64,000 nt of DNA from Octopus sinensis (lineage: Eukaryota). The position numbers and the translations under genes were made by a program. A model generated the notes under the pieces. That model searched no databases, was not told the origin of the DNA, and saw only the letters and a list, made by a program, of their open reading frames with translations. Shown in pieces: positions 25,862 through 38,716 of this stretch (its first letter is position 1; each line of letters begins with the position of its first letter). The DNA lies in assembly GCF_006345805.1 (NCBI RefSeq), contig NC_043022.1, forward strand, positions 1,922,001 to 1,986,000, written 5' to 3'.

Positions 25862-27134
25862 AACACATGTATAGATGCTTACATACAGGACTTTAAGTTT
25901 CTGTATCTTATATGTTAAGTCTCCACACTTGTATTGTTTCCGATGATATTGCAGTCTACCTATTTTGTTGTCACACACATGTGTGTGTGTGTGTGTGTTC
26001 TTTGTATTCTTTTATTCCAGAAATTGATGTTCTTGGTAGACAAAAGAATCCATGAATAGTAAAACACATTTTGAATTTAGTGAAGGGTTTCATGTTTCTG
26101 AGGGATGAATGTAATGTAGCCAATTGTTATATTGTCATCTGTAGTACTTGGTTGGTATGTATTTCCTTAGAGAGACATCATCATCATCATCATCATCGTT
26201 TAAAGTCCACTTTCCATGCCAGCATGGGTTGGACGATTTGACTGAGGACGGGTGAACCAGATGGCTGCACCAGGCTCCAATCTGATCTGGCAGAGTTTCT
26301 ACAGCTGGATGCCCTTCCTAACGCCAACCACTCTGAGAGTGTAGTAAATGAATTGGAACTCAAACTGGTGTCACCACGCTGAGCCATGTTGAACTTGGCG
26401 AGAAAGAGCTGACTTCTTAGGCTGACTGGTACGTGGGCATGCACTCATGTCACCTGAACCAGTCCCCTTGCATAACGGTTAACTAGGCTCTGTACTTCAA
26501 GATTTAAGCTTAGTAGGGGCAAGTACTGTACTGTCTTTCTTAAGACAAGAAAAAAAGAAAAAACTCTCATGTACCTTCAGACTTTGGCATTGTGGTCCAT
26601 GTTCACTGGCACATGTAGGCACAGAGAGAGAAAGAGAGAGAGAGGAAGGAAGGAAGGAAGGACAGAAGGGAGGGAGAGTTCTTCATTTGCATATTTAGAT
26701 TTCTAGAAGCACGACCCATTCTTCAACTCTTTATTACTATCATGGAGTGTGACCTACTTCATGGAATCCAGTTTCCTAATTTAACCCCAAATCATGTGAC
26801 CAAGACAAAGCAATTAATGATAAAATGATGTTTAAAATTCTGCCCAGTAATAACTATTTATTTATTATTATTATTTTTGTATTTTCATTGATGTCTCTTT
26901 GTCATTTGTCAAATTCAATTCCACAATGAAACTCCTGAATAGGTTAAAAGAATACATATAATTCAAAATATTTCTGCCAGCACAGATTATTATAGTTTTA
27001 TTATTTTGTGCAATGAGACCAAATGGTTTTCCCCACTGTAAAAGCATTCAAAATAAATAATATTTAATTTCAGGAAGAGTTGTAGAGCCCACAGCTTCAG
27101 CCCAGTCTGCAATGAACCATACGTACATCCATAC

Positions 27135-27262
27135 ATACATACCAATGAGACATGATGTAGCTAGGGCACTCTATAATGAAATCTGTTGGAAGGATAATCC
27201 CAAGGACAAAGAAATAAGAACCCACAATACGGCAGAAGCCATAGCCACTCATAATAAAAAGG
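27135..27262 (+). pseudogene. Possible R4/Dong-like non-LTR retrotransposon fragment
   Basis: YIPMRHDVARALYNEIC resembles the Y..RH(N/D).VA..L motif that follows the CCHC knuckle in REL-endonuclease elements. Confidence 0.35.
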
Positions 27263-27753
27263 AATACTACTAAGTTATGGGGATGTAAACACACCAACAT
27301 CGGTTGTCAAGTGATGGTGGGGGGACAAACACAGACACACAAACATATGCATACACATATGTATATATATATATACGACGGGCTTCTTTCAGTTTCCATC
27401 TACCAAATCAACTCATAAGGCTTTGGTCAGCCCAGGGATATGGTAGAAGACACTTGCCCAAGGTGCCACGCTGTGGGACTGTACCCGGAAATATGTGGTT
27501 GGTAAGCAAGCTACTTACCACACAGCCACTCCTACGCCTATATATATGTGTGTGTGTGTGTGTGTGCATGCACGCACATATGTGTGTATATATGTATATG
27601 TGTTTGTGTGTGTATATATATGTATATGTGTTTGTGTGTGTATATATATGTATATGTGTGTGTATATGCTGCCAGATCAGACTGCTAGCATGGAAAGCGG
27701 ACGTTAAATGATGATGATGATGATGATGATACGTACATATATATATATGTATA

Positions 27754-27806
<53 letters not shown>

Positions 27807-28505
27807 CTGTGTGTGTGTGTATATATGTACATACATATATCTATACACACATGTATATATGTACATACACACATGCATATGTACATATTCACATTTGTGC
27901 ATATATATATATATATAGATATATATACACGCACACATATATATATACACACACACACACAAACAGAATGAGAGAACTAAATATGTATATGAGTATTTTA
28001 TTAACTAGCCGTAGACACAGCACCATAAGCATGACGGGTTTAATGGTGAACAGTTATGGAGACCAGCATGACCATAAAATATAATCACCAGCCATCACAA
28101 CTACCTCCACCCGACCGGCTGGATAAAAGGGGATTGTGTTGACATGGTCGGTGCTTATAAATCTGTGATATTGGCGATATTTTATTTCTCTGGTGGTCCA
28201 TATAACCATTCCTCCTTAAACATCATGTTTATGATCAGTTGTCAACAGCAAGTTCATAAAAACATGGAGCTTCTTTGAGGTCAGCCAATCAGCTAAAAAT
28301 AGCAGTCAAGTCTCTTGCAAGTCAGACATTACTGCTTTCAAAAATGCCATATTGGATAATGTAGTCTTGGAGTCTCTGCATGCAAAAGCAAAAATGACAA
28401 TTATAAAATTATAATAGATCTAATTGGATGGTCATGGCTGGGATGCATTTGATATCAGAGCTTTGTTTAATCATTGGGGATTAACTTGGGGTTAAGCAAC
28501 AAATT

Positions 28506-28693
28506 GATTCCACAAATGAGGTGAGAGTGTGGAGGAGAGGGTGTATGTTGTCAATAAACCTGCTAGAAATAGCAGGGAAAGTTCCTTAAAACAGAAAAGG
28601 ATTCCACAAATGAGGTGAGAGTGTAGAGGAGAGGGTGTATGTCGTCAATAAACCTGCTAGAAATAGCAGGGAAAGATCCTTAAAACAGAAAAG
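28506..28693. repeat. Direct tandem duplication, 2 x 94 bp
   Basis: gattccacaaatgaggtgagagtg...ccttaaaacagaaaag at 28506 and 28600, with few mismatches. Confidence 0.9.
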
Positions 28694-28734
28694 GACACAT
28701 TGAATGAATAATTTGACACTGAATTTACTGTACT

Positions 28735-29121
28735 CTCTTTACTTGTTTCAGTCATTTGACTGCAGCCATGCTGGAGCACCGCCTTTAGTCGAGCAGATCA
28801 ACCCCAGGACTTATTCTTTGTAAGCCTAGTACTTATTCTATTGGTGTCTTTTGCCGAATCGCTAAGTTATGGGGATGTAAACACACCAGCATCGGTTGTC
28901 AAGTGATGTTAGGGGGGTGGGGCAAACACACACACACACACACACACATACATATACATATATACGACAGTCTTCTTTCAGTTTCCATCTACCAAATCTA
29001 CTCACAAGGCTTTGGTCGGCTATAGTAGAAGACACTTACCCAAGGTGCCATGCAGTGGGACTGAACCCGGAACCATGTGGTTCATAAGCAAGCTACTTGC
29101 CACACAGCCACTCCTACACCT
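28735..29121 (-). mobile_element. Family A SINE
   Basis: Reverse complement of the consensus. Confidence 0.85.
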
Positions 29122-29504
29122 CTAAATTTACTGTACTGTATTGAATAAAAAAAAAGGAAAGAAAAAAGCCAGGATGGTCACAAATGGAATGACTTTAATC
29201 TGTTTAATCTTGGCTGACCTGGGAAGAACATAATTCTGCCAGCACCATCAAGCACCCTTGTGATGACCACTCTGGAAAACATGACCACCACATCTGTCAC
29301 TGTCAGAACAACCACAGTCACCTCAACCACAACCGCCATCATCATCACCAAACGCCTCAACAAGACCACCGCTGTAACCCTGCCACCACCACCACCACTA
29401 CCACAACTTCACCACCACTGCAACCCCGCCACCACCATGACCACCACATCCACCTCCCCCTATCACTAGTGCACCAACAGCAGTAGTACCAATGCTGCAC
29501 CACC

Positions 29505-30392
29505 ACCACCACAACCATAGCTGACACCTCAACCACAGCCTACATGACAACTACAGCCGACACTACAACCACAGATGACACCACAACCACAGCCTACACC
29601 ACAACCACAGATGACACCACAACCACAGCCTACACCACAACCACAGCCGACACCACAACCACAGCCTACACCACAACCACAGCCTACACCACAACCACAG
29701 CCTACACCACACCCACAGCCGACACCACAACCACAGCCTACACCACAACCACAGCCGACACCACAACCACAGCCTACACCACAACCACAGCCGACACCAC
29801 AACCACAGCCTACACCACAACCACAGCCGACACCACAACCACAGCCTACACCACAACACAGCCGACACCACAACCACAGCCGACACCACAACCACAGCCT
29901 ACACCACAACCACAGCCGACACCACAACCACAGCTGACACCACAACCACAGCCTACACCACAACCACAGCTGACACCACAACCACAGCCTACACCACAAC
30001 CACAGCTGACACCACAACCACAGCCTACCCAACCAACCAAGCCGACACCACAACCACAGTCTACACCACAACCACAGCCGACACCACAACCACAGCCGAC
30101 ACAACCACAGCCGACACCACAACCACAGCCTACACCACAACCACAGCCTACACCACAACCACAGCCGACACCACAACCACAGCCTACACCACAACCACAG
30201 CCGACACCACAACCACAGCCGACACCACAACCACAGCCGACACCACAACCACAGCCTACACCACAACCACAGCCGACACCACAACCACAGCTGACACCAC
30301 AACCACAGCCTACACCACAACCACAGCTGACACCACAACCACAGCCTACACCACAACCACAGCCTACACCACAACCACAGCTGACACCACCA
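29505..30392. repeat. 18-bp minisatellite (caccacaaccacagc-cga/cta/tga), ~48 units
   Basis: Tandem array read directly, with three interspersed unit variants. Confidence 0.95.
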
Positions 30393-30570
30393 TCACCACT
30401 TTAACCCCCACTCACTGTCACCACCACCACCACACAGCACTTGGCCACACATAATGGTAAAGTTCAACTTGAACAATATCCTGTGGGTGTATAGTTAGGA
30501 AACATATTAACATTGTGCTGTGATTTATCTTTACTACCACCAACACCACTACCACCATCCTGCTATAGTA

Positions 30571-30604
<34 letters not shown>

Positions 30605-31061
30605 GGTTTATGGCTGTGGTCTAGCATAGCTCTAAATTATAGGTCATGTGTGTATAACCCATCATGGCCACCACCACTATCACCATCACCACCACTCCCA
30701 TCACCAGCCCACTGCTGAAAACATCACCACTGAGGCCACAACCATCAACCCTAACATCATCCCCCACCACCACTGCAACTACAACCACCACCAGCCTGCA
30801 GCTGAAGACATCACCAGCACTACCAGCACCACTGCTAGTACCACTGCAACCATGGCCATGGCTGAAACAGAGAATAAATAGATGTGAATGGGGTGCGAAT
30901 ATAGAGACCCACATTTGAAAACAGATAAGCACAGCAACCAGCAACAAATTGCTTGGACAAATTCAAAGTCGTTCAGCATTTGATGCAAAGAAGTGTTTAA
31001 AACACCGGATGTCAATGCAACAGCAGGTTGACTGTTGGTTTATAATGGTGATGACAATAAC

Positions 31062-31095
<34 letters not shown>

Positions 31096-31261
31096 GCAAG
31101 AGCACTCAGAGAGTGCAAACCTCCATCAAGGCAACACCAATGTCCTCTCAATGATTAGCCAGAGATGATTTTTAAAATGAGAATATCTGAAATAAACTTA
31201 ACTGCTCTCATGAACGAGAATGCTAAAAATGAACCCAACTGCTCTCAAAATGATGAAGGTT

Positions 31262-31597
31262 CTATTTGAACAAACTGCTCATGAAATTAATGTGCAAGTG
31301 GCTGAGCACTCCACAGACACGTGTACCCTTAACGTAGTTCTTGGGGAGACTCAGCGTGACACAGAGTGTGACAAGGTTGGCCTTTTGAAATACAGGTGCA
31401 ACAGAAACAGGAAGAAAGAGTGAGAGAAAGTTGTGGTGAAAGAATACAGCAGGGTTCACCACTATCCCCTGCTGGAGCTTCATGGAGCTTTAGGTGTTTT
31501 CACTCAATGAACACTCACAACGCCTGGTTTGCGAATCAAAACCATGATCCTATGACCGCCAGTCCGCTGCCCTAACCACTGAGCCATTGCGCCTCCA
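31262..31597 (-). mobile_element. Family D SINE, tail variant b
   Basis: Matches 44981-45365. Confidence 0.85.
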
Positions 31598-33121
31598 CTG
31601 TGGGGATTTACATATACATGTGTAAGCAATGAAAACTATGACAATTAAGAAGAAAATTTTCACAGCAAAATTTCTCAATCGGGAGAAGTTACCATCTAGG
31701 GGTAACCAAGAAAACCAACAGATCCTGGATCATCCCAACCATTGATGGCGCCACTGGGAAATAGCACTCTCTTGTTTGTTCTCCCCATCCTACAAGCCCA
31801 AGCCTTAAAGTAGGCCCACTCACTCAGGCTGTCCTCATCACATTTACCCTCCCTTGAACAAATTTACTAGAGGTTGGGGATCGGGGTTAGCACCTCCCTC
31901 TCTTCCTTAGCTTCCTTTTCAAATGGAACTTTGAAAACTTGATGAGGGCTTAGCCAAAGAGGAACGTGTCTGTCTCTTATCCAAGCAATTTGAGGGGAGG
32001 AGTTCTGTCAATGCCAGTGATCTCAGTACTTAAATGCTACTTTATTTTATTGACAACCCTCCCTCTCATGGAAGGATGAAGGGCAAATTTGACCCCAAAA
32101 GGATATTAACTCAGAATGGAAAGAGCTGCAAGGCTAATGATTCTGCCTTTGTCCAATTCTCTAAAGATTCTACCAATCCATTGCTCTTAACAGCTGTTTC
32201 AAATATAGACTCAACACCTAAAATCTGAGCAGGGAGGGGTTTAGAACATTAAAGAAAACCCACTACTTGACTGTTTTCTTTATTTTATTTTATTACTGAA
32301 TATAGAAGAATGAAAGTCAAAGTTGACCGTGCCAGAAATTGAACTCAGAACATAAAGTGCTTGACAACAGGTGTTAGTTTGTTTATGTCCCTATATAGGC
32401 ACAGGTGTAGATGTGTGGTAAGAAGTGTGCTTTCCAACCATATGACACCTTGGGAAAGTGCCTTCTACTATAGCCTTGGGCTGACTGAATCCTTGTGAGT
32501 GGCTTTGGTAGATGGAAACTGAAAGAAGCTCGTTGCATGTGTGTTTGTCTCCCACCACTTGACAACTAATGTTAGTGTTTACATCCCCATAACTTAGCAG
32601 TTCGGCAAAAGACATTGATAGAATAAGTACCAGGCTTTATAAAAATAAAAAAAACAAAAACAACAAAAACTAATAAGTACAGGGTTTGATTAGTTTGGGT
32701 AAAATTCTTCAAGAATGTGCCCCAGCATGGTCACAGTTGAAAGAGTGAAACGAAACAAAAGACAACAGATGACAGACAGAAGAACGAAAGGCGAAGTTGA
32801 CCTTGACAGGAATTGAACTCAGAGAAAAATAACACTGCTTGACACTGGTGTTGGTTTGTTTACGTCCTCTTAAGTTAGCAGTGTGGCAAAAGAGGCAGAC
32901 GGAACAAGTAACAGACATTAAAATAAATAAATGAATAAATAAATAGGTATAGGTGTGGGTGTGTGGTAAGAAACTTGCTTACCAACCACATGACTCCAGG
33001 TTCAGTCCCACTGCATGGCACCTGGGGCAAGTGTCTTCTACTATAGCCTTGGGCTGGCCAAAACCTTGAGTGGATTTAGTTGATGGAAACTGAGAGTAGC
33101 CTCTCACATATATATATATAT

Positions 33122-33202
33122 AAAATTCAGAGGATTGACCACTTAAAGCCTGTATGCTAGCATACAGGCTGTCCACTTTAAGTGGTCAATCCTCTGAATT
33201 TT
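33122..33202. repeat. Near-perfect 81-bp palindrome
   Basis: 27-bp outer arms at 33122-33148 and 33176-33202; perfect 24-bp inner palindrome agcctgtatgctagcatacaggct. Confidence 0.9.
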
Positions 33203-33289
33203 GCATATAAAAAAATTTTTAATCCTCGGGTTTTTTTTAAATATGCTAGGCCACTGGTTTTAATTGATTAATATCAACTTCTACCCTTA

Positions 33290-33320
<31 letters not shown>

Positions 33321-33785
33321 CTTTGTGTGTGTGTGTGTGTTTGTACCCCACTATCGCTTGACAACCGATGTTGGTGTGTTTATGTCCCTGTAACTTAGTG
33401 GTTCAGCAAAACAAAGAATAAGTCCTGGTATCGATTTGTTCAACCAAAGGCAGTGCTCCAGCATAGCCGTAGTCAAATGACTGAAACCAGTAAAAGAATG
33501 AAAGAAAAATAAATAAATAAATAAAACCAGAACTGGGGTCAGTATGTTCGACAGGACCCTTTCAGACAGTGCCCCAGCATGGCCACAATCCAATGACTAA
33601 AACAAGTAAAAGATAAACTACAAAAGGTATGAAAGAGATCAAGTTGTTGCTTTACAAAGTGTCAAATGAACTGTAAGTTAAGCTAATGGGGGAGAAGGAC
33701 CAAAGAAGGGGATTGGCGCTATGCAGATGTTGGCATGAGAGGGATGGGAAAACGCATACGAAGGATTGGTGGGAAGGTCACTCAC

Positions 33786-33817
33786 TCTTCAGGCTGTTGT
33801 CCGGAAACTTTCTGGAA
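33786..33817 (-). CDS. Candidate 32-nt micro-exon
   Basis: Minus strand: ccttattcactcAG|ttccagaaagtttccggacaacagcctgaaga|GTgagt. Consensus splice sites; two frames are open. Confidence 0.3.
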
Positions 33818-34126
33818 CTGAGTGAATAAGGATATTGAAACAACAACATTAATGATAATAACAATGATGGTGATGATGATGATGGTGGTGATGATGATGA
33901 TGATGATAAACTAAGAGATTTCCACTTCACTCTTTGCTCCAGACACGGCCTCCATTGTGGCCTGAGTGCTATGTAAATAAATGGGTTTCCTGAGTGTTTC
34001 CTTACTTCAACTGATAAAAATCAAATGAAATTGCACATTGTTTGTTGTCAACAAAAGGAGGAATCAAATATATATGGTTATTGAGAAACATATATATATA
34101 TATACTTTATAAAATTTAAATTTATT

Positions 34127-34432
34127 AAAGAATGGAGTTGAACGACCAATTAACAAAATTCCTTTATTTTCGACATATGTTTCGAAGGCTGCATACTCCT
34201 AATTGCGAAGGAATAAGGAGTATATTATGCCGCTTTCTCACTATGGGCTCCGTGTGAGCAGTCATCTAAAAGTTTTTTGTGCATTTTGATGTTGACATAA
34301 GTTCCTTGCTTTTCCTGATGAGAAAGCAGCATAATATACTCCTTATTCCTTCGCAATTAGGAATATGCAGCCTTCGAAACATATGTCAAAAATAAAGGAA
34401 TTTTGTTAATTCGTCGTTCAACTCCATTCTTT
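34127..34432. mobile_element. Fold-back element with 114-bp inverted arms (probable Penelope pseudo-LTR remnant)
   Basis: Arms at 34127-34240 and 34319-34432 are near-perfect reverse complements; TA-rich flanks. Confidence 0.8.
34310..34392 (+). ncRNA. Type I hammerhead ribozyme motif
   Basis: ttttc-CTGATGA(34315)-gaaagcagcata...tatgcagccttc-GAAAC-atat-GTC-aaaaa. The mirror arm has gtc-gaaaa, restoring stem I. Confidence 0.75.
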
Positions 34433-34626
34433 CATATATTTATACTTTTAAAAAAAACATACAAATTTCCACACGAAAGCACGTAACTTCAAACGTGTCT
34501 TCTCTGATGTGAATTTGCAACCCAGGTATCGGTTAACTGAATTATCCATAACAAGATAATTCATTCAACTACTCAAATATATATACTTTATATATATATA
34601 TATAAGCAGTAGAAATTTAACAAAAG

Positions 34627-34664
34627 CTGTTACTCGGAGTTTCACGTTCCCGTTCGTCGGACAG
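34627..34664 (-). ncRNA. Minimal hammerhead motif, CCGACGA core variant
   Basis: Minus strand: ctgt-CCGACGA-acg-ggaa-cgt-GAAA-ctccga-GTA-acag. All three stems pair; same family as 8899-8989. Confidence 0.65.
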
Positions 34665-35026
34665 TTTTGTTAAAATAGAAATGATATGACAATTCTATCA
34701 AGACTAGTATAAACGTTACACCTTTAGAAATGGATTTGTTTGATTGGTCCTTTCAAATGACGGTCTTATGCGAGCGATAATCAAAAATAAACAAAACAAA
34801 TAAATGAGTTCAATATAAAATTATAAAAATCGAGGTAAAACATTAAATCGAAGATTTGATTCAAATACATATTGTCATTAATTATGTAGAAAATATAATT
34901 CGATTAATATAATTAATACATAAAAATGAAATTAAAATATATTACTCTACCACTGGTATTTGAGTACTTTTTTTTCCACCTTGTTTCACATTTATGTGTT
35001 TACTCCGGTATATATATATATATATG

Positions 35027-35338
35027 TGGAGGCGCAATGGCCCAGTGGTTAGGGCAGTGGACTCGCGGTTGTAGAATTGTGGTTTCGATTCCCAGACCGG
35101 GCGTTGTGAGTGTTTATTGAGTGAAAACACCTAAAGCTCCATGAGGCTCCGGCAGGGGATGGTGGCGATCCCTGCTGTACTCTTTCGCCACAACTTTCTC
35201 TCACTCTTTCTTCTGTTGGCCTGCTCACTTAGCCAGCGGGGTGGCATCATTTGAAGGCTAAAACAATGCAAAGCGCATTGTGACCGGCGATGTGTAGCAA
35301 CATCTGATAGCCTGGTCGGTCACGGTGATCACGGTGAT
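35027..35338 (+). mobile_element. Family D SINE, tail a, full length
   Basis: tggaggcgcaatggcccagtggttagggcag...cacggtgatcacggtgata, inserted in (TA)n. Confidence 0.9.
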
Positions 35339-35348
35339 ATATATATAT

Positions 35349-35393
<45 letters not shown>

Positions 35394-35560
35394 GTAAATG
35401 CGCTAAGCAGTGTTTACGTATAATCACAATTTAGGTTAGTTGAAATATGGGTTTGTCACATATTTCAACTGCTAAAGGCAAATACACTGCAGTTACAGTG
35501 GAGGAAAAATTCTCTCTTATGGTAAAAAGGTGTGAAAACACCTTGTTCGTTCAGTGTCGC

Positions 35561-35633
35561 CCTCTCTCAGGAATCTGAGACATCGATGTTTCGAGATTGT
35601 TGACTCTTGTCGATCAGATGTACCTGAGAGGGG
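35561..35633 (-). ncRNA. Hammerhead-like motif with extended stem I and altered core
   Basis: Minus strand: ctctcagg..atctga-TCGACAA-gag(loop)ctc-GAAAC-atcgat-GTC-tcagat-t-cctgagag. Confidence 0.55.
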
Positions 35634-35963
35634 CAACTCTGAAAGAACTGACAAAGCTTATCACTTTATATATGATTCAGCCAAAGCTTATTGCTTTATA
35701 TATATATTCAGGTAAATAGAAACTGAAAGAAGCCCATCATACACACACATATATAAGATATTGTTGTCATCTTTTCTTTTTTTACCAAATAAACACACGC
35801 ACTATATATTCATTCTCCACTCGTTTGTTACTGTTCTTATTTTAACTCATGTCCATTGTCCAGAAATCATTCATCACACATCTGTGACCTCTTCAGTAAC
35901 ACCTTCCATCCTTATTTGGCAAACGATAAAACAAAAAGATGACCATCCCAAAATACAACAACA

Positions 35964-36059
35964 TCAGTTCCAGTATTCAGGTGGCTTCCAGTCTTCCATG
36001 TCAGCTAACTTTTTCTCAACTACAACTTTAATCTTTATGCTCTCCACCAATGCATTAAG
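35964..36059 (-). CDS. Candidate terminal coding exon, unknown protein
   Basis: T-rich acceptor ttttttttatgtctcctttttacacaaacAG, then LNALVESIKIKVVVEKKLADMEDWKPPEYWN* (phase 0). Unique sequence. Confidence 0.5.
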   Translation of the reverse strand, partial: LNALVESIKIKVVVEKKLADMEDWKPPEYWN

Positions 36060-36182
36060 CTGTTTGTGTAAAAAGGAGACATAAAAAAAATCATCAAATT
36101 TATCCTAAAGACAGTGTATCAACCCCTACAAATAGAACAGTATAAATACTGTCATGTTGCTTCCTCGTTGTCTCAGTTTAAT

Positions 36183-36386
36183 TACTCTTTTACTCTTTTA
36201 CTTGTTTCGATTGCGGCCATGCTGGAGCACAGCCTTTAATCGATCATCTCGACCCCAGGACTTATTCTTTTGTAAGCCCAGTACTTATTCTATCGGTCTC
36301 TTTTGCCGAACCGCTAAGTAACGGGGACATAAACACACCAGCATCAGTTGTCAAGCAATGCTAGGGGGACAAACACAGACACACGA

Positions 36387-36419
<33 letters not shown>

Positions 36420-36598
36420 CATATATACGACGGGCTTCTTTCAGTTTCCGTCTACCAAATCCACTCACAAGGCTTTGGTTGGCCCAAGGCTATAGTAGAA
36501 GACACTTGCCAAGGTGCCACGCAGTGGAACTGAACCCGGAACCATGTGGCTGGTAAACAAGCTACTTACCACACAACCACACAGCCACTCCTGCGCCT
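36183..36598 (-). mobile_element. Family A SINE, full length
   Basis: Reverse complement of the consensus. Confidence 0.9.
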
Positions 36599-37269
36599 AA
36601 TTAGTTTATCATTTGTTAATTAATTATTTCGTTAGTTTATCATCTCTAACACTTGTCGCCAATGTCGCTTTTAGAGAATCCTGTTTGCTTTTAGTTTATC
36701 TTTTAATAGAAATGAGGGTAGAGTCCTTAACCGCTGTTCCCTCTGAACTGTGTGTGTGTATGTGTGTGCAAACGTTTTGCAACCAGCATACACAAAACGG
36801 TTAATTACCCTAAAATAATGCATTAATTAATAATTATACGTTAATTAAGGTGGTGAGCTTAATTAAGGGGAAAAACATACAGCAGCATTTTGCCCATCCT
36901 TAAGTTTTGATTTCAAATACTGCCAAGGTTGACTTTGCCTTTCAGCTTTTTGTGGGGGGGAGGTCAATAAAGTAAGTACCAGTTGAGCACTGGTGGTGGT
37001 GGGGGTGATATAATCGACTTACTCCCTCTCCCAAAATTGCTGGCCTTGTGCCAAAATTTGAATCCAATTATTCTCCACCAATGTTCACATAGTTTTGTCA
37101 GGCGTGGCTGTGTGGTAAGAAGCTTGCTTCCCAACCACATGGTTCTGAGTTCAGTCCCACTGTGTGGCACCTTGGGCAGGTGTCTTCTACTGTAGCCTTG
37201 GGCCAACCAAAGCCTTGTGAGTGGATTTGGTAGGCAGTAACTGAAAGAAGCCTGTCGTATATATATATA

Positions 37270-37310
<41 letters not shown>

Positions 37311-37664
37311 CGTCCGCTTTCCATGCAAACATGGGTTGGACAGTTTGACTGAGGACTGGCTGCACCAGGCTTCAATCTTGATCTGACTTGGTTTCTACAG
37401 CTGGATGCCCTTCCTAAAGCCAACCACTCTGAGTGTGTAGTGGGTGTTTTTTACATGCCAGTCAGGCAGAATTGGCAGCAGTCATGACAATAATTATATA
37501 TCTGCAGCTCTTGGTGGTCTAAATCAGATATGCAATCTATGTGGGTGTCTTTTCAAAACATTCTCTGGTTTAAAAAGCTACATCAGATGCCAGGATGGTT
37601 CTGAGGTGAAGGTACAGGAGGTGGTCCAACTCTACATAAGGAGTAGACAACCATTACATATAAA

Positions 37665-37968
37665 TCACCGCGACCGACCATGCTATCAGATGTTGTTACA
37701 CATCGCGGGTCACAATGCGCTTCGCATTGTTTTAGCCTGCAAATGACGCCACCTCGCTGGCTAAGCGAGCAGGCCAACAGAAAAAAGAGTGAGAGAAAGT
37801 TGTGGCGAAAGAGTACAGCAGGGATCGCCACCACCCCCTGCCGGAGCCTTGTGGAGCTTTTAGGTGTTTTCGCTCAATAAACACTCACAACGGCCGGTCT
37901 GGGAATCGAAACCACGATCCTACGACCGCGAGTTCGCTGCCCTAACCACTAGGCCATTGCGCCTCCAC
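37665..37968 (-). mobile_element. Family D SINE, tail a
   Basis: Reverse complement of 35027-35338. Confidence 0.9.
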
Positions 37969-38674
37969 ATATATATATATATATATTTGTATATATGCTA
38001 TTGGGAATAATTTGATTTGGATCCAAAAGAATGGATGGTAAAGTTAACCTTGGCAGGATTTGAACTCAGAACATAAAGACAGAGGAAATATCACTAAGCA
38101 TTTTGCCTGGCATACTAACGATTCTGCCAATTCACCTGCTTAAATGTTTACAATATAATATATAATATTGATTTCAAATTTTGGCACAAGGCCAGCAATG
38201 TTGGGGAAGGGGTAAGTCTGTAACATTGACCCCAGTGTTCGACTGGTACTTATTTTATCAACTCTGAAAGAACAAAAGGTGAAGTTGACCTTGGCGGCAT
38301 TTGAACTCAATGACGGATGAAATGCTACCAGGTGTTTTGTCCAGCATGCTACCTACTCTGCCAGCTCGCTGCCTTTAAAGGCAAAGTCAGCTTTGCAGAG
38401 TTTGAACTCAGAATGTAAAGATAGAGGGACTGGCGCTAAGAAATTTTATTCGGTGTGATGACAATTCTGGCACCCCAATGCTTTAATATAACATATAATA
38501 TTAATATATATCTCTATGGGTTATATTAATCATTTACAGAATATTATTGCTCTGCCTTCATGATATAAAATATTTCATTGGAATATATTTTACCATTTAG
38601 CCATTAAGGGTTTTAATTTTGGATTTTGAAATTTATTGGCCAAATATTCTACTCCCCTTACTCACTCCATTCTA

Positions 38675-38713
<39 letters not shown>

Positions 38714-38716
38714 CAC

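Noticed and set aside
35027-35105. tRNA genes at SINE heads
   Set aside because: A and B boxes are present, but each head runs straight into a SINE body and I could not build a convincing cloverleaf.
37500-37600. C2H2 zinc-finger gene (ICNLCGCLFKTFSGLKSYIRC)
   Set aside because: A single degenerate finger without His ligands; it fits the terminal motif of a decayed RTE LINE, as at ~9600.
38619-38716. N-terminal part of the 292-aa ORF
   Set aside because: It starts at a non-ATG codon and reads through (CT)n(TA)n; the element is 5'-truncated, so this is not an intact gene.
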